From the NCBI RefSeq assembly GCF_036588685.1, contig NC_086381.1, positions 13,640,001-13,704,000 on the forward strand: DNA of 64,000 bases, written 5' to 3'. Below the pieces are notes generated by a model that was not told the origin of the DNA, made no database searches, and saw only the letters and a list, made by a program, of their open reading frames with translations. The position numbers were made by a program, and so were the translations under genes. Positions 1 to 13,516 of this stretch are shown piece by piece. The number at the start of each line of letters is the position of its first letter. Within the stretch, counting starts at the first letter, position 1. This DNA comes from Mytilus trossulus (taxonomy: Eukaryota).

Positions 1-130
1 TTCGTGGAGCACTTGGAAGACCCAGCAATATACCGTTGTTTGTAAGGACACTTATGTAGTTTAGGTATCCAATACAGTGATGGAAGATCCAGTTCTTCAT
101 CTTTGGTTGAAATACTATAGACAACATAAG
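1..130 (-). mobile_element. Penelope-like retroelement (PLE) reverse transcriptase fragment
   Basis: Minus strand reads SISTKDEELDLPSLYWIPKLHKCPYKQRYIAGSSKCST, matching the PKxHK...R(P/Y)I RT motif of PLEs. Bases 1-65 also match 19778-19842. Confidence 0.8.
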
Positions 131-401
131 GGTTATTAATGATGGTTTTGACATTAAAAAAACAAGTATCAACAACATGAACAAGCAAAAACGTTCAACT
201 TGTTTTGATTAGATTACAAATCAGGCGAATTGCTTTTTGTTTTCTCACAGTTTCTCTGTTCGTAGTTTTTATGTCAACTATACATAAACCATGTAATAAA
301 GTTGTATATTTCAGCACGTCTTATAAGTCAGTTGAAGAGAATCTTTCATACATGTACATGAATAGGCCGTCCAAGATGTTTTGTTTTAGAATAAATTGAA
401 T

Positions 402-590
402 AAAAGTGAATAAAAGTGAGAATGGAAATGGGGAATGTGGCAAAGAGACAACAACTCGACCACAGATAAAACAACAGCAGAAGGTCACCAATAGGTCTTC
501 AATTGAGCGAGAAATTGCCGCACGCGGAGGCGTCCTTCAGCTGGCCCCTAAACAAATATATACTAGTTCAGTGATAATAAACGCCATATT
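402..590 (+). repeat. Interspersed repeat (GAGAATGGAAATGGGGAATGTG family)
   Basis: Related copies at ~43966-44133 (+) and ~33785-33857 (-). Absent from the paralogous position near 23960. Confidence 0.7.
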
Positions 591-1040
591 TATAAGTATT
601 CATATTTTGGTCGTTTTTAGTTTTTGGTTCTGTTGGTATTTGATGTTTGCTCTATAATCTGAGTCAATTCGTTAAACCATTAGTTATATCATCTCCGCTA
701 TATATTTGGGATATAATATGCAGATCTATGCAGTTGTTTTAAGCTGGGGAAAATCCCAATTTTCTAATTTTTTTTCTTAATACAAGAAAATATGTCAAGA
801 CTGAATATTGTCAATACTTTATATGAAAACAATATATAAATTCAATTTGAAAAGTGACGATTTATGAATGACTTTCTTTTTATTATTTCCATCATTTTAT
901 ATACTTTGTAGCCTCCAACTATAGACGATCCGTAATTAAAACATTTAGTGTAAAACATCGTAGGTGTATGTTCAATTTTCTTTATCTGTTTTACCCTATA
1001 TTGCTTTAAATAAGTAATTTCTGATGAATAGTAACAAACT

Positions 1041-1218
1041 GTTGAAGAGTATTGAGGACCAAAAATTCCAAAATGTTTTGCCTATTGCAGCTTTATTCAT
1101 TAGGTAGAAAACTGTAGTATTTAGAATATTGCAAAGTTTCAATGACAGTCATTTCATTATTGCGGCTATATCAATGATAATATATGTCACCACACAAGTG
1201 TTGACTTCTGAGCTAGTC
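1041..1218 (-). mobile_element. Retrozyme internal fragment (no ribozyme)
   Basis: GTTGAAGAGTATTGAGGACCAAAAATTCC...GTGTTGACTTCTGAGCTAG matches the body of the copies at 17047-17488 and 37286-37749. Confidence 0.7.
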
Positions 1219-2455
1219 ACTGACAACCTTTCGAACTATAGACGATTTGTAACTATAACACAACTGATAGAGAGTTAAACGTTGTAGGTGTAAGTTAAAT
1301 CACTAATTTTCTTTAATTTGGTTTCTTTATCTGTTTTACCTTATTTAGCTTTAATTAGGCAATTTCTGATGAATAGTTACAAAAAGTCAATACATTCTGA
1401 TCTCTCTGATGTTATAATACGACATGATCGCAAACTGGTTTATGCAAATTAATACAGAATGGCCTTATAGAAACCCAGAATGGCTTTTCTCATAATTGAT
1501 TCTAAATATATACCACGTCAATTCTAAAACGCGCTCATCTTTAAAATTGATTAATTATTGTTGCTAATTTCATTTGTGCATTGAAGAGTTGCGATTTAAG
1601 TATGTTATGCTATTGCAGTGACTATTTAATAACAACTTATCACTTAATGATCTGAGAATGCCGGCCATATGTCTTTGAATGGCATAATAGGTTTCTTTTC
1701 TTTTCAAAATGAACAATGGAAGAGAGATAGGTGAAGTAGATATTCTTAAACTGACCCCGATTTGAGAGACAATAAGATAATTAAAGATTAGTAAAATACT
1801 ATTTTAACTCATTCGAGTTTGGGAAATTAAAAACAAAAAGTCTCTATTATGAATAGACGATTATCAATGGTTAAGATTGATACAATGTTGGCAAGGTTGA
1901 TGAAAAAAACTGATTCCATTTAACTCTACCATGGCGTTGTCAGTTTATTTTAGATTTATGAGCTTGGCTGTCTTTTTGGTATCCCTCTTTTCCACACATC
2001 CTGATCGCAAACGGTTAATTATTCTTTTCCTGTAATTCTTCCTTACATATATGAAACTTCTTTGTCAAGGGGTAAAAATAATAATAAAAATTAACCTCTA
2101 CCAAATCAACAGCTCATTGTCCTTTACCTTTGATTGCAATGTCATGGGTTGCTGTCACAAAATGTTTACCCCATATTTCCATGTCATGAACAATTCAGTC
2201 ATGACATTAACGAAAAAAGGTGAACCAAATGATAAAATCGTCCGAAATGTTTCGAAAAGATATGACTGCACCTTTACCATGAAGATCCCCTTTATCAAAC
2301 AAATTGCTTCTTTGTAAGCAATAACTATTTATTAATGATACACTACACTTAGTTTGTAACTAGAAGGTATTTACTTCATATGCAGGTTCTTGCTGCAATC
2401 TTGATTATAAACTAAAAAAGGTAATTCACAATTTCTTTGTCATTAAATTTATATA

Positions 2456-2780
2456 CCCGAGGGTATCACAAGCCCAGTAGTCAGCACTTGTTGTGCTGAC
2501 ATGAACTATCATTGATATGGTTATATTTAAAAATTAACTGTTTACAAAATTTGGAATTGTTTGAAATACTAAGGCTTTTCTACCTCAGTCATATATTACC
2601 TTAGCTGTATTTGGCAACACTTTTAGGAACTTTGATCCTCAATGCTCTTCAACTTCGTATTTAATTTGGCCTTTTGAACTTTTTTGGATTCGAGCGTCAC
2701 TGATGAGTCTTTTGTAGACGAAACGCTCGTCTGGCGTATATAAAGGAATTGGTCCTGGTTTCTACCATGAGTTCATTTAG
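2456..2780 (+). mobile_element. Retrozyme-like element, 5' truncated, with hammerhead ribozyme
   Basis: Reverse complement of the 17047-17488 family. Absent at the paralogous site ~25850. Confidence 0.85.
2694..2737 (+). ncRNA. Type I hammerhead ribozyme
   Basis: GCGTCA CTGATGA GTCT-TTTGT-AGAC GAAAC GCTC GTC^TGGCGT: intact catalytic core, stem II and stem I, with a minimal stem III. Confidence 0.85.
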
Positions 2781-3987
2781 TCATTCACCTTTTTAAAATA
2801 CCAAGTGTCATGAATTTGTGAAGCAGACTGTTTCTATGTTATCTTTTATTTCAAGTTCAGTTTGATAGATGTACTAACCAATTATCTAAATATCAATATA
2901 TCGTTATATTTTTGTTGCTAATGGGCAAATAATCCGTTCTATATATTTTCTATATTTATGAATGATAAGTTAGCTAAATACGTCATCTACTACTCAACGA
3001 CAGTTCTTGATTTTAATAGACTAGTGGCTATTATAAGTTATATCAAATACATTTAATGGTGAATGTTACCAAATACTAAAATCTTCTAGTCATCTGGTCG
3101 GTACTGTTACCTAAGTTAGCTATCATTTTTTCCTTTGGAAGGATCCTCGAATTGTATTTAAATATATTTTCAAATGTTTAAAACAACATAGAAAATTCAC
3201 AATGATGCTTTTAATTTCCCTCATATATGAACATTGATGGTGACATTTTATCAAAATAACAAACGCATGTGACATTTTCATTTAGCGTCAGAGTCATGTT
3301 TGGTCAATGCGCAATTTTAATGTCTTGTTGAATGACTTTAACCAGCTCATTACTCTAAAAAAAAAATTTGATTGATCAAAAATTAATCTCAAAAATTGTA
3401 CAAGCAGGTGTAAACAAACTTCAAAATACAGTTTTGTAGATTCTTCAGAGTGGGACAACTGTATGAAAGAAGAATTTTTTTTGAAAAATAGATTGCCAAA
3501 TGTAACTAATTAGATCGATATTTAACACACACTGTACGTGGCAGAGTATATATACACCCATAAAAACTAAAAAGACACATAGCACATATCTAAGAGTACT
3601 CATATTTACTGACAGCTAGGTTAGTTTAAATCGAATAGCTACTAATAAAATAAGCATGTGTCTAGGATTAACAGTAGCGGATTCAGGGAGGGGGGTCCGG
3701 GGATCTCATTCCCTGTTTTGACGATCAATACTTTAAACTGGGGACATATGGTTGAAGCATTATCTCTCTCTTACCCATCAGTTAGACCCTCCTTTTAAAA
3801 TGACTGGCTTTAGCTATTTGTCCCTGACTAATAATCGTGCCTTCATTAACCATATGGATAGACATCATTAAAGTATGTTAACGAGAGAAATACTGTATGC
3901 ATATCACAGACAAGCAGGAAGTCATCATCATCTCCCAATAATGGTCAGGAGTGGTAGACGACTGTAGCTATTGAAGTATTAGATATC

Positions 3988-4153
3988 TTGATGTTAAATG
4001 TACTGTGCTCTATTCATTTTGTAAACAAATATTGATGTTAAATGTACTGTGCTCTATTCATTTTTAAACACATATTGACGTTAAATGTACTGTGCTCTAT
4101 ACACGACAAAACAAATATTGATGTTTAATATACAGTGCTCAATACATTCATAA
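3988..4153 (+). repeat. ~43-bp tandem repeat, 4 copies
   Basis: GATGTTAAATGTACTGTGCTCTAT-like units start at 3990, 4034, 4077 and 4120. Confidence 0.9.
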
Positions 4154-4164
4154 AAGAGAAAATA

Positions 4165-5005
4165 ACTTACAGATAAACAATAGTACACACAACACAACAT
4201 AGAAAGAAAAAAGACAGAACAACATCCGAAACAGATACACCACTTGGAACTATTGGTTTAAAAGCTTCTCTTTCAGTGAAACCATGATAGAAAATACAAA
4301 CCCCGGAATATCGTATCAACTTAGAAATATATGCTCTAAATGGAGGCTCTGATGGAATGATGCTACATCGAAATGAAAAGTTAACAACTGGGAAGCTGCA
4401 ATCATCTTTATAGTCGTAAAGCTTTGATGTCAGTAGACCTTCTTCGTAAATTTATAGATGTAAGTATAAGCGATCATTCAAATTTTGAATTACGCTAAAA
4501 TATTCGTTCAATACAGAACATACCTATCTCAGCACCAATATCCCCCCCGCCCCCCCAAACAATGTCAAAATGTTATATTTATGTTTTCAATTTTGGATTA
4601 AATTGTGCATATTCCTTTTGAAAGGGCTAATTGGTTCCTATAGTTATAAACATCAGAATTTTGTTCTGAACGAATGCACAGTAACTGATGTTTTCTAAAG
4701 TTTAGGACAAATTGTGTTATCGAAGGAGACGGCTAAATGTAGAACGAATACATTAATGACATACATATATATAGAGAGAAGAGTGATAACAACGATAGGT
4801 TTCCTGCTGACTTATCCTATAATTGTTACTGACGCAGACATACTAATAGATTGATTCAATAATGTTCTGCAAGAATTAACGGCTTGAATTGGTTTGTTGC
4901 GTTCATCGTCTTATTTGTGTCTGATAAACTTACATGTACTGAATAAATTCTGTAAAATAAAGCATGATTAGGCATTCACTTAGATTGGTTAAATAAAGAC
5001 ACTGA
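4165..5005 (+). repeat. Segmental duplication (paralog of 47385-47465 plus ~48140-49600), containing a minus-strand PLE RT C-terminal fragment at ~4240-4490
   Basis: Near-identical to 48143-48643 and 49364-49600. The minus strand encodes a decayed RLYLHL..KLYDYKDDCSFPVVNFSF..YISKLIRYS, typical of the PLE RT C-terminal region. Confidence 0.85.
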
Positions 5006-5339
5006 CTAATATATATATATAGCAATATAATATTTCCCATGCACAGAAAGTAACCAACAGTTATTTTTATTTTGTCATTTGATTAGGGACTTTCTACTGT
5101 AAATTTTCCTCGGAGTTCAGTATTTTTTGTGATTTTGTCTTTTGTTTGTATTTTGACAATAATATAATACACTAAATTTCGCTTTTCTAAACATATTCTA
5201 TGGAAACAATGACAATTGATGAAATGCAACTACATGTACATTTTGTAATAAATTTGTCTATTCCGAAACAAGATAATAATGACATCGTGATCCAAATAAT
5301 TTTTAAAATATAACAAAATAATTTCTGGTGATATTATAG

Positions 5340-8308
5340 TAGGCGAGTGACTTATTTCAAAAATACGCTTAGTTAACGACTTTAATGCACCCACCTAACA
5401 CACAGCTGTATTATATATCATTCGAAAGCTGATAATATGTACTGTCTCTTTTGGCCGGTCGTAAAAAAATCGTACGGTGCATTTTTTGTTAAATCAAGGT
5501 CAAAGGTCATGCAAAAAACATTCCAATTTTTGCGATTATTAAATAAAACGCTATTTTCTAATTCTTGTACCCTAAAATTTTTCAAAAGATCATATGAACT
5601 TTATGAAACATGATGAATAATTTCCAAATCAAACAAAAAAAAAATATTCGATGCGCAAAATTTCACGAAAATTGAAATTTATCACAAATCCGTAAAAAAA
5701 AGAAAAATTATTCAAAAAGCAAAATATAGCTTCGGGAATCGATATTTTTATGCTAAAAAATAGATAAATATATATATTTCAGGTCAAGAAACTTTGTTTT
5801 GTAATTTTAAGATGTAATTCTTAACTTTTGTTCATGGAACAGCCTTCTATTGAAGTGTTTGCAGTTGCCCAAAAATCTACCATCTTCAAATAGCGATCAT
5901 TTTGTTAATCTATGTTAAAATAGCACATCGCTAATTGTGAATATCAGGAAGGAGAATGAGATTTCATAATAAAACAAGGGATATTTAAAGTTAGAACATA
6001 ATATATGCGAGGAAATTGAGGTTAAACTGATTTTAACTAATTCAAACTTTTTTTTCTTTTTGTAATTATGTTAAAATGCAAACATGACTTTGCGACTATA
6101 TCGTATGCAACATTGAAATAAATAACCTTGGTTAGAAACACTTGGTTGTCTAGAGCGGGATGTAAACGAACTGAATAGAATGCGGTTGTTTCTTATTTAG
6201 TTTAAAATCGTGTTATATTAAATCATATTAATGTTTAAAAGTTTAATCTCTTTAATTATTTGAATAAAAGATGATTTGATATTTTTGCACATAAGCTTTC
6301 AAAATACAAAAGCATGTCATTGTGCATGTAAAACATTATAAGCAGTGTATAATAACAAAATGAAAAAAGTTAAATACCCTTCCTGACCTTATAAGATCAT
6401 TTGCTATTTTTGGAGTGATCGTTTTCATGGTATGCTGTGTTTTATGGGCTGTTGTTCGTCTCTTGGACTTTATTTTTTTTGTTCATAGGTTTAATTTGCT
6501 TTATTTGATTCATGGTTTTAGATGTTGTTTGTTTCTTTGGTATTTGTTTTACTTAACAGACATTAAATTGCAGTAATGAAAATCGGCCAAAAATCACTTC
6601 AAAGTAAAGTGAAGAAGATGAACTCAATAAGACAAATATACGCGAAAATACTAAGTAACTTAATTTGCTCACGGTGATATATAATAGAACCAAATCGTTG
6701 TCATGATACATTTAGCTACACTGATCTATTATTTTAAAAGATTTTACTTCTTGAAAAGTGACGAAATATACCATAGGGACATCAAACTCGTAATTAAAAA
6801 CAAACTGACAAAGCCGGGCAACAAACGAACAAGACAAGCAACAGTATACAAAACACAACATATAAAGCTACAGATTGAGTAACACAAAGCCCCCAAAATA
6901 TTTTGAGTGAATGCAGGGGCTCCAAAAGGGTAGGCAGAATATGTTCCACATGTGACAACCGTATTAGTTTAAACATATTCATTAATAGTGGATTGGGAAA
7001 CAAGTTTTGCCACTTAAATTAATCTCTTTCCACTTTGCGTGTGCAAGTGCTGCCTTGTAGCGGCATTAGTCTGCCACTTTTCGAAATCAACAAACGTGTG
7101 TTAAACGTACAAGAGATATGGCTCTTTTTTTACGCGGGTCAGCCATTTATCGTCCACTTCCGACGGACTTTCATTGTTTCCCTAAGACCATACTCACAAA
7201 TGGTGTCTAGGAAGAGCCGAAAATTCAGTCCCTGAAATTTTCATCATGGAACGGAAATCGAACCAGGAACCTTTGTGTTAGTAGCTCGATACCCTCACCA
7301 CTACACCACTGCTCTCTTTACCCGTCTTGTAGCTCATGCATTACCTAACTCGGTGCCAAGCCTTATTTGGTTGGTGACATTCACGGCAGAGATGACGGCA
7401 ATTTGGTGACATCGATGGAACTTTGAAATTTCAATTTTCATCAATCTATTATTATTCATTTTGGTCTAAATTTTCAATTCACATAAAATAAATAAAAAGG
7501 TCTTTTTTACTACATCAATATTTATAATGAAGCTACAAATCAAACAATTAGAAAGGTCAAACTATGTTTATTTCAGACTGGTAGTTATAATGCAGATTGC
7601 AATCTCTTAGTTTCAACCCCTTTATTTCAAGCAATCATTAATAAGATGATTCGCGCATATTTTTTTTTACTCTAAATCTTTCAAATTCTTAAGAATTTGT
7701 TTATTAAATCTTATATTGACCACATACAATGTTTGAATAGGAAGAAATGCTGAAAAGCAGAGTTTTTGCAGATGGCGGTATTTTGGGCAACTGTATGAGT
7801 TGTTATGATTTGCTGTTTGATAAGATGTAAGCATAATTTTAGGAAATTTTATGATGTAAAAAACTTCTTTGATAGTCATTACAGGGTTTTACTTAGTTTA
7901 AAGTGAGTTGCAGTTGCACCAGAAAGAAAAAATTGTGTTTTCACACATTTTGTTAACTTTTACTCGAATTTCAGGAAACATGTGCTCTCTGTCAAAAACC
8001 CGCTTTAAATATTAAAAAATGCATTTGAATAATGACTGGTAATCTCTCTGCTAAAAGTTTAAATTGTTTCCATATGTGAATTTAGTATATAAAAGTCATA
8101 TAATGCAATCAGGCTGGCATCTTCGGAAATATGCACTTATTCGTCCTTGGCCTTTGATCTCGATTTGACGGAAATTGCACCGTACGATTTTTTTACGACC
8201 GGGGAAAACAGATAGTACAGATGTGTAGCTTTAAAATGATATATAATTTAGCTGTGTGTTAGGTAGGTGCATTAAAAATTTAATTTGATGGTTTAAGTCA
8301 CTCGCCTA
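5340..8308. mobile_element. Non-autonomous TIR DNA transposon (~2.97 kb), possibly Academ-like
   Basis: Termini TAGGCGAGTGACTTA...TAAGTCACTCGCCTA with imperfect TIRs of ~170 bp (5340-5510 vs 8148-8308). Flanked by TAG at 5337-5339 and 8309-8311. No transposase ORF seen. Confidence 0.85.
6982..7316 (-). mobile_element. tRNA-derived SINE
   Basis: Minus-strand head GAGAGCAGTGGTGTAGTGGTGAG (A box) ... GGTTCGATTTCC (B box), followed by a ~250-bp body. It interrupts a PLE-tail repeat (6752-6960 plus 7321-7430). Confidence 0.8.
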
Positions 8309-8990
8309 TAGAGAGGAGGGCTTATGCATTGACACACTGAAGTATTAAAAATACATTTAACGCAACTATAGGTAGTACGGATATAGAACAGCAGCGAATT
8401 TATTTGCAGGCAGTAAAACATTTGATACAGAACATAGTTATAATAAGATTTTGTAGGAGAAATAAATTTGCAAACACATCAGCTCCTAAGCTGTTGATAT
8501 CGCTTAATCCGAGGGTCTACTTGTGTTTTTTTTTTAAAAGAGAAATGAATTTGCATTATGATTATTTGAAGGTGTTCATAAGTAGCCTAGTACAACCAAG
8601 CATTTCCAACTCATTTATTTTGGACCTTGATCTGTGGTGTTTGGTAGATGATAATCTAATTGACAATCATACCTCATCACCTTGATTTTCTTTAACCTAA
8701 GATGAGCAAATTAAAAGTCCTTTTTTGGCCTCTTAAATCTAAATAGATCATGAAAGTTTCAATCCAGTGACAACTGTTCCAGGAATAGCCAGAGGAACAA
8801 CATGTTATTGAAATGCGATACTCTACTTGTATTAAACCTGGTCATCTATATTTTCAACTTTTTTCTCTGTCTCAAATTTCATAGAATAAAAACGCAAACT
8901 TTACATGCTATGTTATCATGCATATATACAGCTGTTCCATGATATATATCACACCAGAATATTTCAGCCGTTATATTTCTAACAGACATA

Positions 8991-10533
8991 ATGATTCCTT
9001 TGATAGCCATCTTTTATGTGGTAACTATAGCAGGCGCGACGAGTTCGTGCCAAACAGAAGACGGTAAGTTATTAAACTTTTTAGTCTAGATTATTACCAT
9101 AAATAATATATAAAGCAGGTACTACTAGAATCAAGCTATCAATATACTTTTTTGAATGAGGCTGAGAAAATGGGAAAGGGTGAGGTTCTACCGAGGTTCT
9201 ACCGAGCCTTTCCCCAGTTTTGTGCCGGGTACAAAAAGAATATCTTTTTTTGACATTGACCTAATATTGTTTTTATACTGCAACTTAAATTAATACATTG
9301 ATAGCTTTTTTAATTGTAAATTCATTTTAAAATGGCATGGTGAAATTGACATTGCACAAAATATAGCTGTGTTACTATATTTAGAAAATAATCACAATGA
9401 TTTTTTGTAAGAAGTTTTATAAGAATATGTAATATAATTTAATTTTAACAGTAGACATTTTTGAAGACAATACATCCGTTACATTTTAGTACAATTAAAC
9501 AAATGCGACACATGGAAGTTGTAATTTGTAAGTTGAAAGTTAGTTGCGGTATAAAGTCTATGCATTCATATTCCCTTTTCCTCTATCGCTCTGCATAGAT
9601 AGTCCTTGTGCAGTCGAATAAGTTTGACCTTGTATTGCTGTCTGCACCCGGAATCGCCAACCCTGTCGTAATGTTTGAACCAAGTTTGATACGTTTGACC
9701 TAAAATTATTATCGTCTCTTCCAATTTAATAAGGGAAAATTGTTTCTGTAATGAGAAATAATAAAATGTAATTCAATACGAATCATCATCTGGATTTCAT
9801 AATATAAGCTGCTCGACATTATTTCAATTTTTTCAAAACCTTTTTGAATGTGTTTATTCTACTTCATTAGTTCTGCCATTTTTATAGACGACAGTTGTGA
9901 ATGAAAAACAAATAATTTTAGGATTTAGTTATCTTACTACACATACACGTGCTTGCATTTATTTTCATATCAACGTCTTCAGTGACGAAAGTGCATTCCC
10001 TGAGAAATATTATGCAGTATTTAATTCATTTCATTTAAAAAATATCATAATAAAACACTTATAAAATAATTTCAGGTCAGTATGATGTCACTGTAAACTT
10101 CCGTGGTAAAAATGGTCAAGAAACACCCAAATCAACAGTAATTGCATTTTACGCCTATATATCAAAACCGATACCAAACCCGTCGAGTGGTCGACGACTG
10201 ATATTTGATGTGCCCACGACAAACCAGGGTAATGGATATAACAGCAATACTGGTGTTTTTACCTGTCCAAAGACAGGCACTTACGTTTTTGTGTTGGTTG
10301 TTAGATTGTACTCTGCGTATCATTCAATACAGTTAATGATTAATAATTCTGTGAATGGAACCTCCTTTCATAACGCCCAAAACGATGACAACACTTCCAG
10401 TAGTACTGTTGTTGTGAATGTGTCGAAGGGCGATACTGTTTACGTTCGTACCCATTCTAAATACAAAGGAGTTGGTAATATACACACTAATACATATGGT
10501 AGAACAACATTTTCTGGATGGCTACTGAACTAA
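8991..10533 (+). CDS. Secreted globular-head C1q domain-containing protein (sghC1q), 176 aa; exons 8991-9063 and 10076-10533
   Basis: Exon 1 is the signal peptide MIPLIAIFYVVTIAGATSSCQTED, then a phase-1 GTAAGT...TTCAG intron. Exon 2 has gC1q motifs AFYAY, LIFD, N.GNGYN..TGVFTCP..GTYVF, GDTVYV and TFSGWLL. AATAAA at 10547-10552. Confidence 0.93.
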
Positions 10534-13516
10534 TCAGTTTGATTTGAATAAATGTATACTATCAATCCGTGTTATGTTTGTTACAATGTTTTCTTCGCGA
10601 AAACAATAGCTTGCCTAGAATTGATTTATTGTTTTGACAATAGATATCAACGCGTTCGAGGTTTTTTCGAACTAAATATGATAGGTTCTTTTATAAAGAA
10701 TTGCTAAATAACTTATATGCATGTTTCACAATTTGTTTAATTTAAACCCAACCCCTTAACCGCACCCATACCAATGTTCATGCTTGCATGATCGTCCTTT
10801 AAAATGAATCGACGATTAATAAGGACCTTTTAGGCCAAAATACGAGGTAGCCCTCTTCTGTCAATTTGTTTTTGTTGTTTTGTTTTTAAAATTTGGCGTT
10901 TATCCTTTCAATTGATAATAAGGAGTACGTTGATGGGTTTAATCAGAATGGACCTTCAGTTTGAGAAGTTAAATATTTAGATCAAATTGCCCTTTCCACT
11001 ATATAAATGAATTTCACACGAAGAACAGACATATTGCCTTGGAATAGTCAACCTGGGGGTAATGCTATTAATTGTTTCGCCTGCTAGTCTTTGTTAAACA
11101 ATCATTTTCCACAAGCATGAGTAAAGTTTGAAACTGTTCTATTCTAAAATTAAATGTCACATACATGTACCATTTCACTGCATACAAAGAAATAATCACC
11201 AGCGATTGAAAACCAAAAATGTTTTAAACTTTTAAACAGCGGTATACTGCTACTATTGCCTTTATTCATTCACTTTCTTTTGCTGTTTTCAAGATTAAGC
11301 AACCAGCTAGTATTTGGATTAAGCATATATTCCAATTGATTATCTGGAAAAACATATTGGGTGTTTAAATTATTACAAACTACAAGTCTTTAATCAATAT
11401 TCATTTTACAAAATGAAAAGAAATTGGATTGATCGTCCAGAACTTTGTATCTATTACAAGTTTTTTGTGTGTGGCATGACATTTTGTTATATCTTCCAGT
11501 TACAAAACCTATGAGATTGATCACTTTTTTTTAATTTTGCATACACGTTTTCTTATATCAAGATTTCGCTATGCCAACTAATACTTTAAATTCGTTTTGA
11601 TTTACATGTAGTTTTATATGTATACACATTAGAAGTTTATTATTTTTTATCAAGTGGAGATAATTTAATTTCATATGTATATCAAAAATTCAATCAAGAA
11701 TTCATTTTATAGTACTAATCCCGTAAAATCTTACAGACTCTATAGTTAGAGTCATAAGAAACCCCAAATTAGAAAAAAATGCATGTGTTTTTTTTATAAC
11801 TATAAATGGATAGTATTTATTATAAAACTTAAGTTATGTACATATACTTTTTTCTGAAGAAAATTCTTTAATTTGTTCATAAGAAGTTTACTTTACTTTT
11901 CAAATAAAGTAAATTGCATCCTTCCAAGAAGCAATTCGCCGATATATTTTCCGTATGCAAAGTGACCTCAGCGTGAACCTCTCGTAAAAATCTGATGATC
12001 GCAATACGCATGGATCTGTCCTTAAAATAAACTATTATCTGATTGTACATACTAAACACGTGCCTAATTTCCACGTTTAATTGTTGATTGTTTATTATAA
12101 GGTGACAATCGTTTAACTTCAGCTTCAAAACACGAACTTTTTAATAACCTGCCATTTTTTCACAACAACACTGTCCGATTGAAAAAATATTTGACGAAAT
12201 TTATGCGAAAACATGATAAAATCTTGCACAGAAGTCTAAGTTTGCATTGGTTCAAGAATTGGATAAACATTGTTTTTCACCGGTCAGTCGTTTCTATGTA
12301 CCATTTTGCTGTTTGTATGTTAAACGATTTTAATGAACAAAATACTGGAAATAATATTTAAACACGTTATTACATCCTACATATTTCTACAGACGTGATA
12401 TAATAAATAATTCGTAAAAAGAAATAATGATCTTTGGTCTGATGATCTGATAATTTTAATCACTTTCAGATCTTTTAATAAAACTGCCGATTTCAATTGA
12501 ATGATATAATGAAACCTGGAAGGATTGCTATTTTGGACCAGAATACAATTACCTTACCAGGGCACATAACTTTGACTCAGAGGTGATCAGTCTTAGCTCT
12601 TACTCCTTCCTTACTGTCACATGCATAAAAGAGGATCAACTAATACCTGATGGACAGTCAAACTCAGAGATCGAAATTAAACTGACAACGCCATGGCTAA
12701 AAAACACAAACAGACAAATAATATTACACAAGACACAACGTAGAAAACAAAAGAATAAACAACACGAACCCCACAAAAAATTGGGGGGATTTCAGATGCT
12801 AACATGCAACGATGACATTTAAAAGTCATTGGTTTGCTTTGACCTATGACATTCTGCACCCCAGACAAGCACTTCAGCGATACATCCGAACTTGTTTAAT
12901 TGTAATAAAATATGACGGATGTTTTTTTTTACTAAAATACCCACTGTCATTATTAAGGTGCCCTAAACATAACACTACATTTGATATGTTACCAGAACAA
13001 GAACTAATCAAATTGTAATTACATAGTATTTATAATGATACAATGCTAGGGTACCTGACGAGGATTTACGGCCTTGGTAAAAAACGACCTAAATGATATC
13101 CGAAACACCAGATGCAGCTTAATCATTTTTACATCACTGGAAATCGAAGACTTCTACTTGATTACCAAACATCATTATAATATTGTAACCTCAGCTTATA
13201 ACAGACGTACACATTTCTAACAGTAATTATTTACATAAAAGGTCAAATCAGGCTTCGATGAAAATAACTAGAAAATAAATGTATAGTTTACGCAATATAT
13301 TTATAAAAAAGTCTCTACAGGAACAATATATAATTCACTCATTGACATAGGTACTAATATGTTTTGCTGGGATTGGTAATGTACACGAATATTAATAAAT
13401 TGTATTACATGTTTTTATAAAATTTCTAACAAAAATCATCACTGATCAAAAGTATTACCCGTCTGAACATAAATAAGCAAAGATTTTATCAGTGTATTTT
13501 GTATTTTATTTTGTAG

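Larger units (their letters stand above)
170..4153 (+). repeat. Segmental duplication, copy 1 (paralog of ~23740-27215)
   Basis: Colinear matches, e.g. 301-372 vs 23870-23943, 1321-1590 vs 24496-24768, 2780-4153 vs 25850-27215. The copies carry different TE insertions. Confidence 0.9.

Noticed and set aside
7235-7316. tRNA gene
   Set aside because: A and B boxes are present, but the stems are poor and it continues into a SINE body.
10210-10533. 107-aa stand-alone ORF
   Set aside because: It is the 3' part of C1q exon 2, which starts at the 10076 acceptor.
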